DNA from: a virus
IMG/VR virus record: IMGVR_UViG_3300027779_001743
Location: 6,696-70,695 of that record
Length of the DNA: 64,000 nucleotides
Reading direction: 5' to 3' (one strand)
The translations under genes were made by a program, and so were the position numbers. Position 1 is the stretch's first letter. Each line of letters begins with the position of its first letter. This document shows positions 18,420-28,350 of the stretch, piece after piece. The notes below the pieces were generated by a model that saw only the letters and a list, made by a program, of their open reading frames with translations, searched no databases and had not been told where the DNA came from.

Positions 18420-19870
18420 AGCTAGGAGTTTGCATACCATATAGAGATATCGGTGATGGAGTTCGTAAAGAACACTTAGATACATTAGTTCCACACTTAG
18501 AAAAGTTCTTAGGAGAACGAAACATTGACTTTACTTGTTATGTAGGACATCAAGTAGATGATATGACATTCAGTAGAAGTGGAACTAAAAATGTTGCATA
18601 TCTTGAAGCAAAGAAAGACGGATGTGATTACTTTGCATTTCACGATGTTGATATGTTGCCAGAAGACGGATGTGATTATAGTCATCCAGGTGATACACCA
18701 AAACATATAGCAACTTTCTTATCACAATGGAATTATACTTTACGAGATATAGAATATTTCGGTGGAGTAGTGGTGTTTACGGGCGAACAATTTGAAAACA
18801 TCAATGGATACCATATGGATTATTGGGGTTGGGGTATGGAAGATGACGACTTATTTTGGAGATGTGTTAGAAAAGGATATTATAAAGAAGAAGTTATTCA
18901 AAAAATTAAACAGAAAATGGTTTTAGTATTGGACGGAAAAACCACATACATTGAAATTCCATCAACAAGAACATTACAATCAGTTCCACAAGATTCATTC
19001 GAAATAGAGATTATTTGTAAAGGAGAAATACCAGAACACGAAGACGAATACTTAATCGGTGATGAAGATATACAATATGTAAAGTATCCGATTATTTCTA
19101 AACGAGGATATGACTTTGAAATAGATTTTAATAATTCAAATGCTTATGCAAGTTCTATGTGGGACTTTAAAAATAAACATTATTACCAATGGGTAAAACA
19201 ATATCAAGATAAATGGACAAAGGTAAATTTAAAATCAGATACAGATAAGAATCAAATTTTATTTACAATTAATGACAAAGTATTAGACGGACAATTCGGT
19301 ATACAAAAATCTAAAATAAGATATCGTGATAGATTGAAACGATATGGAAGAGTTCCATTTTATATTGGTTGTAATTCACCACAATCTTGGGGTGGACAAC
19401 GATTCTTTAAAGGTGAGATTGCAGAAATTAAAATAAAGAATCAGTATGGTGAATTACTTTTACATTACGATATGACTAAATCAATATGTTGCGACCAAGA
19501 TTGTAAGAAATGTAAAGAAAATATGGTAAAAGATTTAAGTGGAAATGACAATCACGGAATAATCCACGGCAGAAGCACAAAATTTTATAATGCTCCAGGT
19601 CGTGAGTCAATATCAGTCAAATCCGCAGTAGTTCCTGACAGGCGCTACGGAAGAATGCTTTGTATGGAACACGAAGACGAGGGGATAGTCAACAATAAGT
19701 TTCAAGGAGACCCTGAGCAGACTGCAAAAAACGAAATTATATATCGTAGAAAAATGCAAAAAGATTTAATCGATATCGATAAAGATAGTGGATTAAAACA
19801 AATGGAATACAAGATAGATAGTATTGATACTATTTATAATAGACACAAGTTAATTAATGTGAGATTTTAA
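18416..19870 (+). CDS. second GT7 glycosyltransferase with LamG-like insert (paralogue)
   Basis: VCIPYR, FHDVDMLP, YFGGV, YWGWGMEDDD. The LamG-like insert ends FFKGEIAEI..HYDM..DLSGNDNHG. Confidence 0.85.
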   Translation: MKLGVCIPYRDIGDGVRKEHLDTLVPHLEKFLGERNIDFTCYVGHQVDDMTFSRSGTKNVAYLEAKKDGCDYFAFHDVDMLPEDGCDYSHPGDTPKHIATFLSQWNYTLRDIEYFGGVVVFTGEQFENINGYHMDYWGWGMEDDDLFWRCVRKGYYKEEVIQKIKQKMVLVLDGKTTYIEIPSTRTLQSVPQDSFEIEIICKGEIPEHEDEYLIGDEDIQYVKYPIISKRGYDFEIDFNNSNAYASSMWDFKNKHYYQWVKQYQDKWTKVNLKSDTDKNQILFTINDKVLDGQFGIQKSKIRYRDRLKRYGRVPFYIGCNSPQSWGGQRFFKGEIAEIKIKNQYGELLLHYDMTKSICCDQDCKKCKENMVKDLSGNDNHGIIHGRSTKFYNAPGRESISVKSAVVPDRRYGRMLCMEHEDEGIVNNKFQGDPEQTAKNEIIYRRKMQKDLIDIDKDSGLKQMEYKIDSIDTIYNRHKLINVRF

Positions 19871-21297
19871 TGGCAGATGATAAAAAACAGATAACATATG
19901 GTTCCGACAATCCATATTATGTAGAAACAAAAGAACAATTGGATTCAGTCGGTAAAGGTTTTTGTTTAGCAAAATGGACACAAGTAACTTTACAATTACA
20001 AACAGGACATAATCATAGTTGTCACCATCCGAGAACACACAAAATCAATTTAAAAGAAATTGAAAGAAATCCGAGTGCTTTGCACAACACCCAATACAAA
20101 AAGATTCGTAGAAAAGAAATGTTAGATGGTAAACGACCAGAAGAATGTGATTATTGTTGGAAGATAGAGGATAATTCAGATAGATTTAGTGATAGAGTTT
20201 TTAAATCAGCAGAAAGTTGGTCTAAACCACACTTCGATGAAATAAAAAATTCAGATTGGAGAGCAAACATCAATCCCAAATATGTAGAGGTTGCTTTCTC
20301 AAATGCTTGTAATTTCAAATGTAGTTATTGTGGCCCACCATATTCATCTACTTGGATGAACGAAATCAAAGAACACGGTGGATATCCAACAGATGATAAT
20401 TTTAATGGTATGGAAGGTATGGTTCGAGAGAACAAAGTTCCTATTCCACATAGAGAACCAAATCCATATGTAAAAGCATTTTGGAAATGGTGGCCAGAAC
20501 TATATCGTGATTTACATACATTTAGAATCACGGGTGGAGAACCTTTGTTATCAAAAGATACTTGGGGTGTATTGGATTATATCATTGAAGAAAAAAATCC
20601 AAATAAGAATTTACAATTAGCAATCAATAGTAATTTGGGAGCACCAGATGAATTGATTGATAAATTTATTGAAAAAATACAACGAATAGAAGACGAAGAA
20701 CGAGTTCGTGAATTTATTGTTTTTACATCAGTTGATGGGTGGGGAAAACAAGCAGAATATCAAAGACACGGATTAGAGTTTAATAAGTTTTGGGACAATC
20801 TAAATAAAATATTAGAAAAATGTCCACGAGTAAACACTACAATTATGTCAACATATAATGCACTATCAGTTCCGAGTTATAAAAAACTACTTGACGGAGT
20901 ATATGGATTAAAGAAAACATATGGTTCAGATGATAGATATTGGAATTCTGCAGTATTTTTAGATGCGAGTTATTTAAGATATCCAACACACCAAACCGTA
21001 CAAGTATTACCACAAAAGTGGTCTAATGAAATATTACAACAAGCACAATATGCAGATTATTTAGGAGTTCCATTGTTTGACAACAAACATATAGGTTATT
21101 CCGATATAGAAATACAAAAATTAAAAAGAATATTTGATTGGATGATATCAGCAGACGATAAAGTTGCAATAAATAGACAACGATATAACTTTGGTAAATT
21201 TTTCAAAGAACACGATATAAGACGAGGAACAAATTTTAAAGAAACATTTCCAGAATTCGCAGACTTTTATAATGATTGTCAAAGGATAAAACTATGA
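19870..21297 (+). CDS. radical SAM enzyme with N-terminal Cys-rich (twitch-like) domain
   Basis: CNFKCSYC and ITGGEPLL, plus N-terminal CLAKW, HSCHHP and ECDYCW. Confidence 0.88.
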   Translation: MADDKKQITYGSDNPYYVETKEQLDSVGKGFCLAKWTQVTLQLQTGHNHSCHHPRTHKINLKEIERNPSALHNTQYKKIRRKEMLDGKRPEECDYCWKIEDNSDRFSDRVFKSAESWSKPHFDEIKNSDWRANINPKYVEVAFSNACNFKCSYCGPPYSSTWMNEIKEHGGYPTDDNFNGMEGMVRENKVPIPHREPNPYVKAFWKWWPELYRDLHTFRITGGEPLLSKDTWGVLDYIIEEKNPNKNLQLAINSNLGAPDELIDKFIEKIQRIEDEERVREFIVFTSVDGWGKQAEYQRHGLEFNKFWDNLNKILEKCPRVNTTIMSTYNALSVPSYKKLLDGVYGLKKTYGSDDRYWNSAVFLDASYLRYPTHQTVQVLPQKWSNEILQQAQYADYLGVPLFDNKHIGYSDIEIQKLKRIFDWMISADDKVAINRQRYNFGKFFKEHDIRRGTNFKETFPEFADFYNDCQRIKL

Positions 21298-21962
21298 GTT
21301 TAAAAACACATAAAGAAAACTTTTATTTTATTCCAACAAGAAATAAAAATAGTTTAAATTTATATAGTGTAGAAGATTTATTCCAAAATGATTTTGAAAT
21401 AATGGTTAAGGTCAAAGTTGATTGGGAAAAATTCCCAACGGGTGAAGAAGTTGGTGGCATTGTTTCAAAGAACGGAGAACATATGGGATTGTTTGCATTT
21501 AAAAGTTGGATTGAACAAACTTGTGAATATATTCTAATGGCAAAGATTTGGACAGAAGAAAATGACGAAATTATTATGAAAGATTTATGTTTTAAAGTAG
21601 GTGAAGCACCAAAACCACACGAAGTTGGAAAGAAAGCAGATTACATTTATAATGTTAAATTAACACATAATTTAAATGATAAAATGATTACATTTACTTG
21701 TGATGATAAAATTGAAGAGTATAATTATACTGGAAAGATTCGTGATTATACCGATAGTATATTGTGGTTTGGTTGTGGTATGGGTATGGGAGATGAGTGG
21801 AACCAACATTTTTATGGAGAATTCCTTGAGTCATACATATCGGTCAAAGATGGGTATAAAATTTTTGAATCCGATTTCACACAAGTAACAGAATTTAAAG
21901 TGTTTGACCAGAGTTGGAACGGAAACCATTTAGTTAAATTTGATGAGGCAAACATAATATGA
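21276..21962 (+). CDS. hypothetical protein, LamG/ConA-like fold likely
   Basis: GGIVSKNG, LWFGCG..FYGE and a C-terminal FDQSWNGNH resembling the LamG tails of the GT7 inserts. The true start may be ATG 21294. Confidence 0.5.
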   Translation: MSKDKTMSLKTHKENFYFIPTRNKNSLNLYSVEDLFQNDFEIMVKVKVDWEKFPTGEEVGGIVSKNGEHMGLFAFKSWIEQTCEYILMAKIWTEENDEIIMKDLCFKVGEAPKPHEVGKKADYIYNVKLTHNLNDKMITFTCDDKIEEYNYTGKIRDYTDSILWFGCGMGMGDEWNQHFYGEFLESYISVKDGYKIFESDFTQVTEFKVFDQSWNGNHLVKFDEANII

Positions 21963-22675
21963 TTTTATGGGAAACAAATAATAAAAAAAGTGAATTACTA
22001 TCTTTATTGTATGGTGTTGATGTAACTCAATACAAAACCGAAGAAGAATTAAACGAAAGACTATCAGAATTAAAAGAAGAAAAAACTTCTATAATTGAAA
22101 ATATGATAGTTTCTAACATATTAGAAAATTATGATGTTCCATTAGATAAATGTAATGCAATTGAAATCGGACCCGGCGCAGGTATTATGTTGGATTGGTT
22201 AGCACCACAAATAAATCATTTAGATTGTGTGGATATTAGTGAAACAATATTGAACGGATGTAAAGAACAAAGCAAACAACATAAAAATGTATCATATCAT
22301 TTAATTGAAAAACTTGAATTTCCAAACTTAAAAGATATTGATTTTGTTTATTCACAAAGTGTATTTATTCATTTGAGTATTTTAGATTTTTACTTATATT
22401 TTAAAGAATTATATAAAGTATTGAAACCAAATGGTTTGATATATATTGATATAATTGATTGTGATGTTGAGGAATTTACTTTAGAAGAAGATGAGTTTCA
22501 AAAACAACTATATTACTTACAACAAGATTACACAATGGGAATTAAAACATTATACCACGTTAATTCAGGTAAGGCATTGAATAGAGTAGCAAAAGAATTG
22601 GGATATGAATTAGTATGGCGTTTAAGTTCTATATTTAATCCAGCAAATGTAAGTTTAATTTATAAAAAAATATAA
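21959..22675 (+). CDS. class I SAM-dependent methyltransferase
   Basis: IEIGPGAG, VDIS, DFVYSQSVFIH, VLKPNG. Confidence 0.85.
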   Translation: MILWETNNKKSELLSLLYGVDVTQYKTEEELNERLSELKEEKTSIIENMIVSNILENYDVPLDKCNAIEIGPGAGIMLDWLAPQINHLDCVDISETILNGCKEQSKQHKNVSYHLIEKLEFPNLKDIDFVYSQSVFIHLSILDFYLYFKELYKVLKPNGLIYIDIIDCDVEEFTLEEDEFQKQLYYLQQDYTMGIKTLYHVNSGKALNRVAKELGYELVWRLSSIFNPANVSLIYKKI

Positions 22676-22676
22676 T

Positions 22677-23729
22677 ATGAAAAAACAATGGAAAGAAAAT
22701 TGGGATTTACCACCTATCGTAGAAAACGATACACCATTTGAGGATAGATATCCACACGAGATAGGTATGCAAATAATGGACATTTGTAATTTAAGATGTG
22801 CACATTGTTATTTAGAAATCTTAGATGAAGATGGAGTGCCTTGGCAAGTCGGTAAAAACGCAAAAGGACATATGCCAATAGAGTTATTTCACAAGATAGT
22901 AAATAACCTAAAAGGTATATTACCACACGTCAAAACAGTAAACTTCACGGCAGTTGAAGGATTATTTCACCCACACATTTGGGAAATCATAGATACTTTA
23001 CGAGGTATAAATCCAGAGATTGGAATCAGAATTGATTCAAATGGTATGTTATTGAATGAAAAAAATATCTTGAAGTTAAAAGAACGAGGTAATATTGACT
23101 TAGGTGTATCATTGGACGGTTGCACAAAAGTAGGTGTAGAAAGTTTTAAAACAGGTGTTAAGTTTGATAGGGTAATTCGTAATATGAAATTACTACAAAA
23201 ACACGATATGTCAGTCAGAACAATCTTTGTTTCACATAAAGATAATATTGAAAGTATGTTAGATTATGTTGATTTTTGTGCAGACTTAGGGGTTGAATCA
23301 ATTAAAGTCAATACACTAATACCTTATGAAATTAAGTTCTCACCATTTACATTAGCAGGAGAAAAACCAATTGAGTATGTTGATAATATTTACAAAGAAG
23401 CAAAACTAAGAGCATATAACAAAGGTATGGATTTCTTTTATCGTAGAACATTTGTAAAACCATTAGGTTGTGGTGGAGCATCATATACTTTACAGATTGA
23501 TGTCGATGGAAGTGTATCACCTTGTAGTTGGTATTCAAAACCAACACCATTTAGTTTGTTTGGAAAAACAACAACTACGAAACAAGTGGTGTGGGGAAAT
23601 GCCGCAACAGACGACATTATGGAATTATGGACAAAAAAGAATTGTGTAGGGTTTAGAAAAATACTACATAATAGAATACTACCAAAAGGGTGTAAAGGTT
23701 GTCCACAAGGGGAATTGGGTGTTACTTAA
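22677..23729 (+). CDS. radical SAM / SPASM-domain enzyme
   Basis: CNLRCAHC, DSNGMLL, VSLDG. The C-terminus has C..IDVDGSVSPC..WGN..CKGC. Confidence 0.85.
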   Translation: MKKQWKENWDLPPIVENDTPFEDRYPHEIGMQIMDICNLRCAHCYLEILDEDGVPWQVGKNAKGHMPIELFHKIVNNLKGILPHVKTVNFTAVEGLFHPHIWEIIDTLRGINPEIGIRIDSNGMLLNEKNILKLKERGNIDLGVSLDGCTKVGVESFKTGVKFDRVIRNMKLLQKHDMSVRTIFVSHKDNIESMLDYVDFCADLGVESIKVNTLIPYEIKFSPFTLAGEKPIEYVDNIYKEAKLRAYNKGMDFFYRRTFVKPLGCGGASYTLQIDVDGSVSPCSWYSKPTPFSLFGKTTTTKQVVWGNAATDDIMELWTKKNCVGFRKILHNRILPKGCKGCPQGELGVT

Positions 23730-24604
23730 TGAAGGGAGCAAGGCCAATACCAGATAAAACTTCTTATAATTTTATCACTAAAAATATCAACGGAAAATCA
23801 CTATATGAAAAAAATCTTGTAAAAGACTTTTGTAATTCATATTCAGAGTGGATTCAATCATCCAAATTAAACAATTTAGAAAATCTAAACAAATTCAAAT
23901 CATTACAATTTGTTCACGGAACAGCACAATCATTTGATTTCTTTTATTTACAAAACCACAATAAACAATTCAGAATACTAAGGGGTGACTTTATGTATCA
24001 TCAAATAATGTTCAGAAATAATCTGAAGTGGGAATACATTTTAGATAACAAATTGAAAAAAGGTGATGCGGTAATCTTATCATTACCATTTAGTGATTAT
24101 GGAGATATCCATCCACTTACAGATATGATTTTAAATCAATGTGATAAATTAGATATACCAGTATTTGTTGATTGTGCTTATATGATTATGTCAAGAAACA
24201 TTGACTTTGATTTCAATAGAAAATGTATTCAAGGCATTTCATTTAGTATGAGTAAAGGATTTTATGGAGCAGAACATTTAAGAATAGGAATAAGATTTAC
24301 AAAAGAATACATTGATGATGGAGTAGAAGTATTTAATTCATTTGAAATGGTAAATTGGACAGGTCCAGATATCGGATTAAAGTTAATTAATAGGTTTGAT
24401 ACTGATTATCTACAAAACAAATATCATAAGAAACAATTAAAGGTTTGTAAAGAGTTAAATATACAACCAAGCAAATGTGTAATATTCGGTATAACTGATA
24501 AAAACCACAAAGAGTTTGGAGAGTTTGATAGAGGAACAGATTGGAGAAGAGTTTGCATTGCTAATCAGATTGGAGATATGAAGGATTTACATAATGCAAA
24601 ATAA
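23729..24604 (+). CDS. PLP-dependent aminotransferase/decarboxylase-like protein
   Basis: VHGTAQSFD, VFVDCAY and the fold-type I PLP-lysine motif FSMSKGFYGAEHLRIG. ATG 23729 overlaps the upstream stop (TAATG). Confidence 0.65.
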   Translation: MKGARPIPDKTSYNFITKNINGKSLYEKNLVKDFCNSYSEWIQSSKLNNLENLNKFKSLQFVHGTAQSFDFFYLQNHNKQFRILRGDFMYHQIMFRNNLKWEYILDNKLKKGDAVILSLPFSDYGDIHPLTDMILNQCDKLDIPVFVDCAYMIMSRNIDFDFNRKCIQGISFSMSKGFYGAEHLRIGIRFTKEYIDDGVEVFNSFEMVNWTGPDIGLKLINRFDTDYLQNKYHKKQLKVCKELNIQPSKCVIFGITDKNHKEFGEFDRGTDWRRVCIANQIGDMKDLHNAK

Positions 24605-25502
24605 ATTGACAAAAGATGAGGTATTGAATCACTTTAATATTTTGTATGATGATTTACCACAATCTATACAACTTCAATTAGATAAGTTTTTTCCAATTCA
24701 ATACGATGAACTTAATTCCGAACAATATAAAGAATATTACGAATTATGTTTAGAGATGTTAAATAAGAAACTTGAAATTGATTGGCAAGACGATTGGTTT
24801 AGCGTCTTACAGAATTTACGAACAAATAATGAAAATGTCAAGTCAATTATTCGCCCGAAATGGTTTAGAGAAAGTGCATTTGTAAATATACATAATTGCT
24901 TATCATTAACCAAAACACCTTATGTGGATTGGGAATATCAATTGATTACGAGACAAATGTTATTCTATACACACTTAAAGGATATAGAAAATATATGTGA
25001 ATTTGGTTCTGGTAGTGGAGCAAACTTTTATCTAATTAACGAAATCCTACAAGACAAAAGTTTTATTTTATCTGATATCTCGGTTACATCATTAAAAATT
25101 ATTGAAGAATTAAAACAAAAACTAAATAGAAATAATTTAACATATAGCAATATAGATATAGAACAAGATATAAATTTAGAATTGCCAGATAATACAGCAG
25201 TGATTACAACTTCAGTATTGGAACAAATAGGAGATAATTACAAGAATTTTATAAATTTTATACTAAAAGAAAAACCACAGATAGTTATTAATGTTGAACC
25301 GATAGTAGAATTGTTAGATTCTAAAAATGGATTTGACAATGTTATGAATTTGTATTGTGAGAAAAGAAAATATTTAGCAGGTTATTTAACCGAACTTGAA
25401 AAGTTAGAAAAACAAAAAAAGATTAAAATAATTATGAAGAAAAGAACAATGGTTTCTGGAACATTTATAGAAAATTCAGTTCTGATATGGAAAGTATTAT
25501 GA
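24594..25502 (+). CDS. SAM-dependent methyltransferase-like protein
   Basis: ICEFGSGSGAN, LSDIS, TSVLEQI, NVEPI. Confidence 0.7.
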   Translation: MQNKLTKDEVLNHFNILYDDLPQSIQLQLDKFFPIQYDELNSEQYKEYYELCLEMLNKKLEIDWQDDWFSVLQNLRTNNENVKSIIRPKWFRESAFVNIHNCLSLTKTPYVDWEYQLITRQMLFYTHLKDIENICEFGSGSGANFYLINEILQDKSFILSDISVTSLKIIEELKQKLNRNNLTYSNIDIEQDINLELPDNTAVITTSVLEQIGDNYKNFINFILKEKPQIVINVEPIVELLDSKNGFDNVMNLYCEKRKYLAGYLTELEKLEKQKKIKIIMKKRTMVSGTFIENSVLIWKVL

Positions 25503-26665
25503 AAATTTATGCACTTGACTTAGAAGCTGAATTTTATAAACCTGAAAATGCTTTAAAGTGGTTAAACATACCATACACAACCATTACCGATATGGATAAT
25601 ATTCCTACTTGTCCAGATGATATCATTATAGCATCACCAAAGCAATTCAAGGCCCAAAAAGATAATTGGGACGAGGAACAATTAGAAAGAGCTATGAAAA
25701 TCTTATCACCTAAATTTAAAAAAGTTATAATGTTTAATGACGATTATACGGGAAATTCAGGTATTGCACAAGGATTTCCATTTAAATTAAATAATGTTTA
25801 TATGTTGGGTTTGGAAAAACGAGTCAATAAGAATTACAACGGAAAACGATATAGAAGGTTACTAAAAACAAATTGGAATTTTAACTATGTTCATTGTAGA
25901 ACTCACTATGATTATCCAAACACAGACAAACCCAATAAGGACAAAAAAAGAAGTAAGATGTATATAAATTTAAACAGAGTTCCTAAAGCACATAGAATCA
26001 GATTAATGATGAGATTAATGGAAAATAATTTATTAGACAATGGATACAATTCTCTTATGAGTTTTCCACTTGGTGTTGGAAAAATAAACAAACTTTTATT
26101 AGATGATAAAGAGGAAAGAAATTCCGTAGAGGAATATAATATTAAGTTTCCAAAAGAAAATAAGGAAAGTATTCGTAAAATTAACAAACTATTACCTATG
26201 ACTGTTGATTTTACTAAACCAGGTGGTTCAGGTTTTGCTTTTGGAAGTGCTCTATCCGGCCCATCAAAATTTACGAACGATTCATATTTTAGTATAGTTA
26301 CTGAAAGTCATTATCGTGAATGGGGTGGCTTTTTATCAAGTGAAAAGATTATGAAACCTTTGATTAGTATGCAACCATTTTTTGTATTGGGGCAACCATA
26401 CACATTAAAGTATTTAAGAGATTGTGGATTTAAAACTTTTGGTGATATTATTGATGAATCATATGATAATGAAGTTGATGATGTTAAAAGATTTAATATG
26501 GTAACAAATGAAATCATAAAACTTTTTACAGAAAATACATTAGATGAAATTCACGATATATATTACAGTGTATTTGATAAATTAGAACATAATCTTAATC
26601 ACTTGGAAATATATTGTCAAAAAGAATTACAGATAATACAGGATATAATTGATGACAAACTATAA
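25487..26665 (+). CDS. putative glycosyltransferase-like protein (SIVTE-TEK family, copy 1)
   Basis: LNRVPKAHR, YFSIVTES..SEKIMKP..QPFFVLG..GFKTF..IDESYD..HN. Paralogous to 28335 and 33025. Confidence 0.55.
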   Translation: MESIMKIYALDLEAEFYKPENALKWLNIPYTTITDMDNIPTCPDDIIIASPKQFKAQKDNWDEEQLERAMKILSPKFKKVIMFNDDYTGNSGIAQGFPFKLNNVYMLGLEKRVNKNYNGKRYRRLLKTNWNFNYVHCRTHYDYPNTDKPNKDKKRSKMYINLNRVPKAHRIRLMMRLMENNLLDNGYNSLMSFPLGVGKINKLLLDDKEERNSVEEYNIKFPKENKESIRKINKLLPMTVDFTKPGGSGFAFGSALSGPSKFTNDSYFSIVTESHYREWGGFLSSEKIMKPLISMQPFFVLGQPYTLKYLRDCGFKTFGDIIDESYDNEVDDVKRFNMVTNEIIKLFTENTLDEIHDIYYSVFDKLEHNLNHLEIYCQKELQIIQDIIDDKL

Positions 26666-27425
26666 ATTAAAAACGATATCAACAACAGAAAAGAATTTAC
26701 TTAATAAGAAATCAAGTTGGTATACTTACGAGAAATCTATTTCTGAAGAATATAAAGAATTCTTTTATGATGAATTACTATTTGATTTAGCAAGACCTTG
26801 GCCATTAGAAATAAAAGATTGTAAGTTCTTCGTTGGTTCAGGAAAAGATGAAGAAGAAAAAGATGATGATAGGTGGGCATTTCGTGGCCACGGGGGAACA
26901 ATATCAGTTAACGATTATCCGAGTTCACTTAAAAATATAGAAAATTGGGAATATATCTTTAATAAATACAAACCGAAATCAATATTAGAAACAGGAACAA
27001 ATAGTGCAATTTTTGGATTCTTATGTTACAAGTTTTTAGGTAATGATTTTGAATTAACAACGATTGATTGTGAACCAAATAGTAAAATTTGCGTAGATAA
27101 AGTAAATGAATACTTTAATAATGATTTAATTGAATTTCACGAAATGAATATACCCCACGATTTAAAAGATTTTTATATAGAGACACAATTTGATTTTGTA
27201 TTTATAGATTCTGGACACGACGAGGAAACATTAACAGCTGAACTTGAATTTTGTATTAATGAAGATATCCCAATTATAGCTTTTGATGACTATTCTTTAC
27301 CACAAGTTGATAAAATGATTAATAAATTTTTAACGGAAAATACAAATTACCAACTTGTTGATGTGTTTAATGGAATATCTGGTAGTGGTATGGGTGATAT
27401 AAAGATTGTGAAACGAGATGAATAA
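26649..27425 (+). CDS. class I SAM-dependent methyltransferase (Methyltransf_24-like)
   Basis: ILETGTNSA, FDFVFIDSGH, IAFDDY. Confidence 0.78.
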   Translation: MMTNYKLKTISTTEKNLLNKKSSWYTYEKSISEEYKEFFYDELLFDLARPWPLEIKDCKFFVGSGKDEEEKDDDRWAFRGHGGTISVNDYPSSLKNIENWEYIFNKYKPKSILETGTNSAIFGFLCYKFLGNDFELTTIDCEPNSKICVDKVNEYFNNDLIEFHEMNIPHDLKDFYIETQFDFVFIDSGHDEETLTAELEFCINEDIPIIAFDDYSLPQVDKMINKFLTENTNYQLVDVFNGISGSGMGDIKIVKRDE

Positions 27426-28350
27426 AAACAAGATATTAATAACAGGCGGATGTAGTTTTTCAGATGGTTATCGGTCATCCGATAGTGAAAATTTATATAG
27501 ACAAACTTGGTCACCTTATATTCAAAAAAAGTATGATTTCAAACGATATGTTCATATGGGAAATCCAGCAGCAGGTAATGAGTTAATTGCAGAACGAGTT
27601 ATTTATGCATTACAAACATTGTTGGATAAAGGACACTCATCAAATGATTTATATCTTGGTGTAATGTGGAGTGGTATTGAAAGAAAAGAGTTATTTGTTT
27701 CAGCACAAGAAACAGACAAGTATACTGAATTAGATGATTCAGTTAGACGAGAGGGTGAGAATACACTTATAATGTCAAATCGTAGTAATATATTTTCAAA
27801 TACAACATCCATCAGGCCAGGAATAGAAAACAATCCTAATGGATATTTAAAATCTGGTGGATTACCTTATAAAGATGATTGGTGGAAAATTAAATCACAA
27901 CGAGATTACTTTAATTTATGGTATGATAATTTTTATACATTAGAAAAGCAATTCATAGATACTTTAAAATCAATTTTATTAGTTCAAACATTTTGTGAAA
28001 GGCATAATATCAAATACTTTATGTCGGTATGGCAAAATATATTTAATGCCAGAAATCCACAAGGAGATTTACCACCAAAATCATATGGTGATGATTGTGT
28101 AGAATCACGATTAAAGCCAAAATTTGTAGACATTTTTAATAAAAATTCTCAATTCCTTTGGAATGCGATAGACTTTGATAGGTTTATTTTTTATGAAAGT
28201 GATAAAGTGATTTATGGTGGATTAACTGAATATGCAAATGTAAACAAATTAGAATTTTGGGAAGATAATGGACACGTTTGTTATAGTGGACATAAGAAAT
28301 TTATAGATGAATATTCAGAACAGATAGAGGAACAATGGAAGATAAAATAA
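27418..28350 (+). CDS. SGNH/GDSL-like hydrolase or acyltransferase family protein
   Basis: ITGGCSFS block I, GNPAAGN, VMWSG and a C-terminal DNGH..GH. Confidence 0.55.
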   Translation: MNKNKILITGGCSFSDGYRSSDSENLYRQTWSPYIQKKYDFKRYVHMGNPAAGNELIAERVIYALQTLLDKGHSSNDLYLGVMWSGIERKELFVSAQETDKYTELDDSVRREGENTLIMSNRSNIFSNTTSIRPGIENNPNGYLKSGGLPYKDDWWKIKSQRDYFNLWYDNFYTLEKQFIDTLKSILLVQTFCERHNIKYFMSVWQNIFNARNPQGDLPPKSYGDDCVESRLKPKFVDIFNKNSQFLWNAIDFDRFIFYESDKVIYGGLTEYANVNKLEFWEDNGHVCYSGHKKFIDEYSEQIEEQWKIK

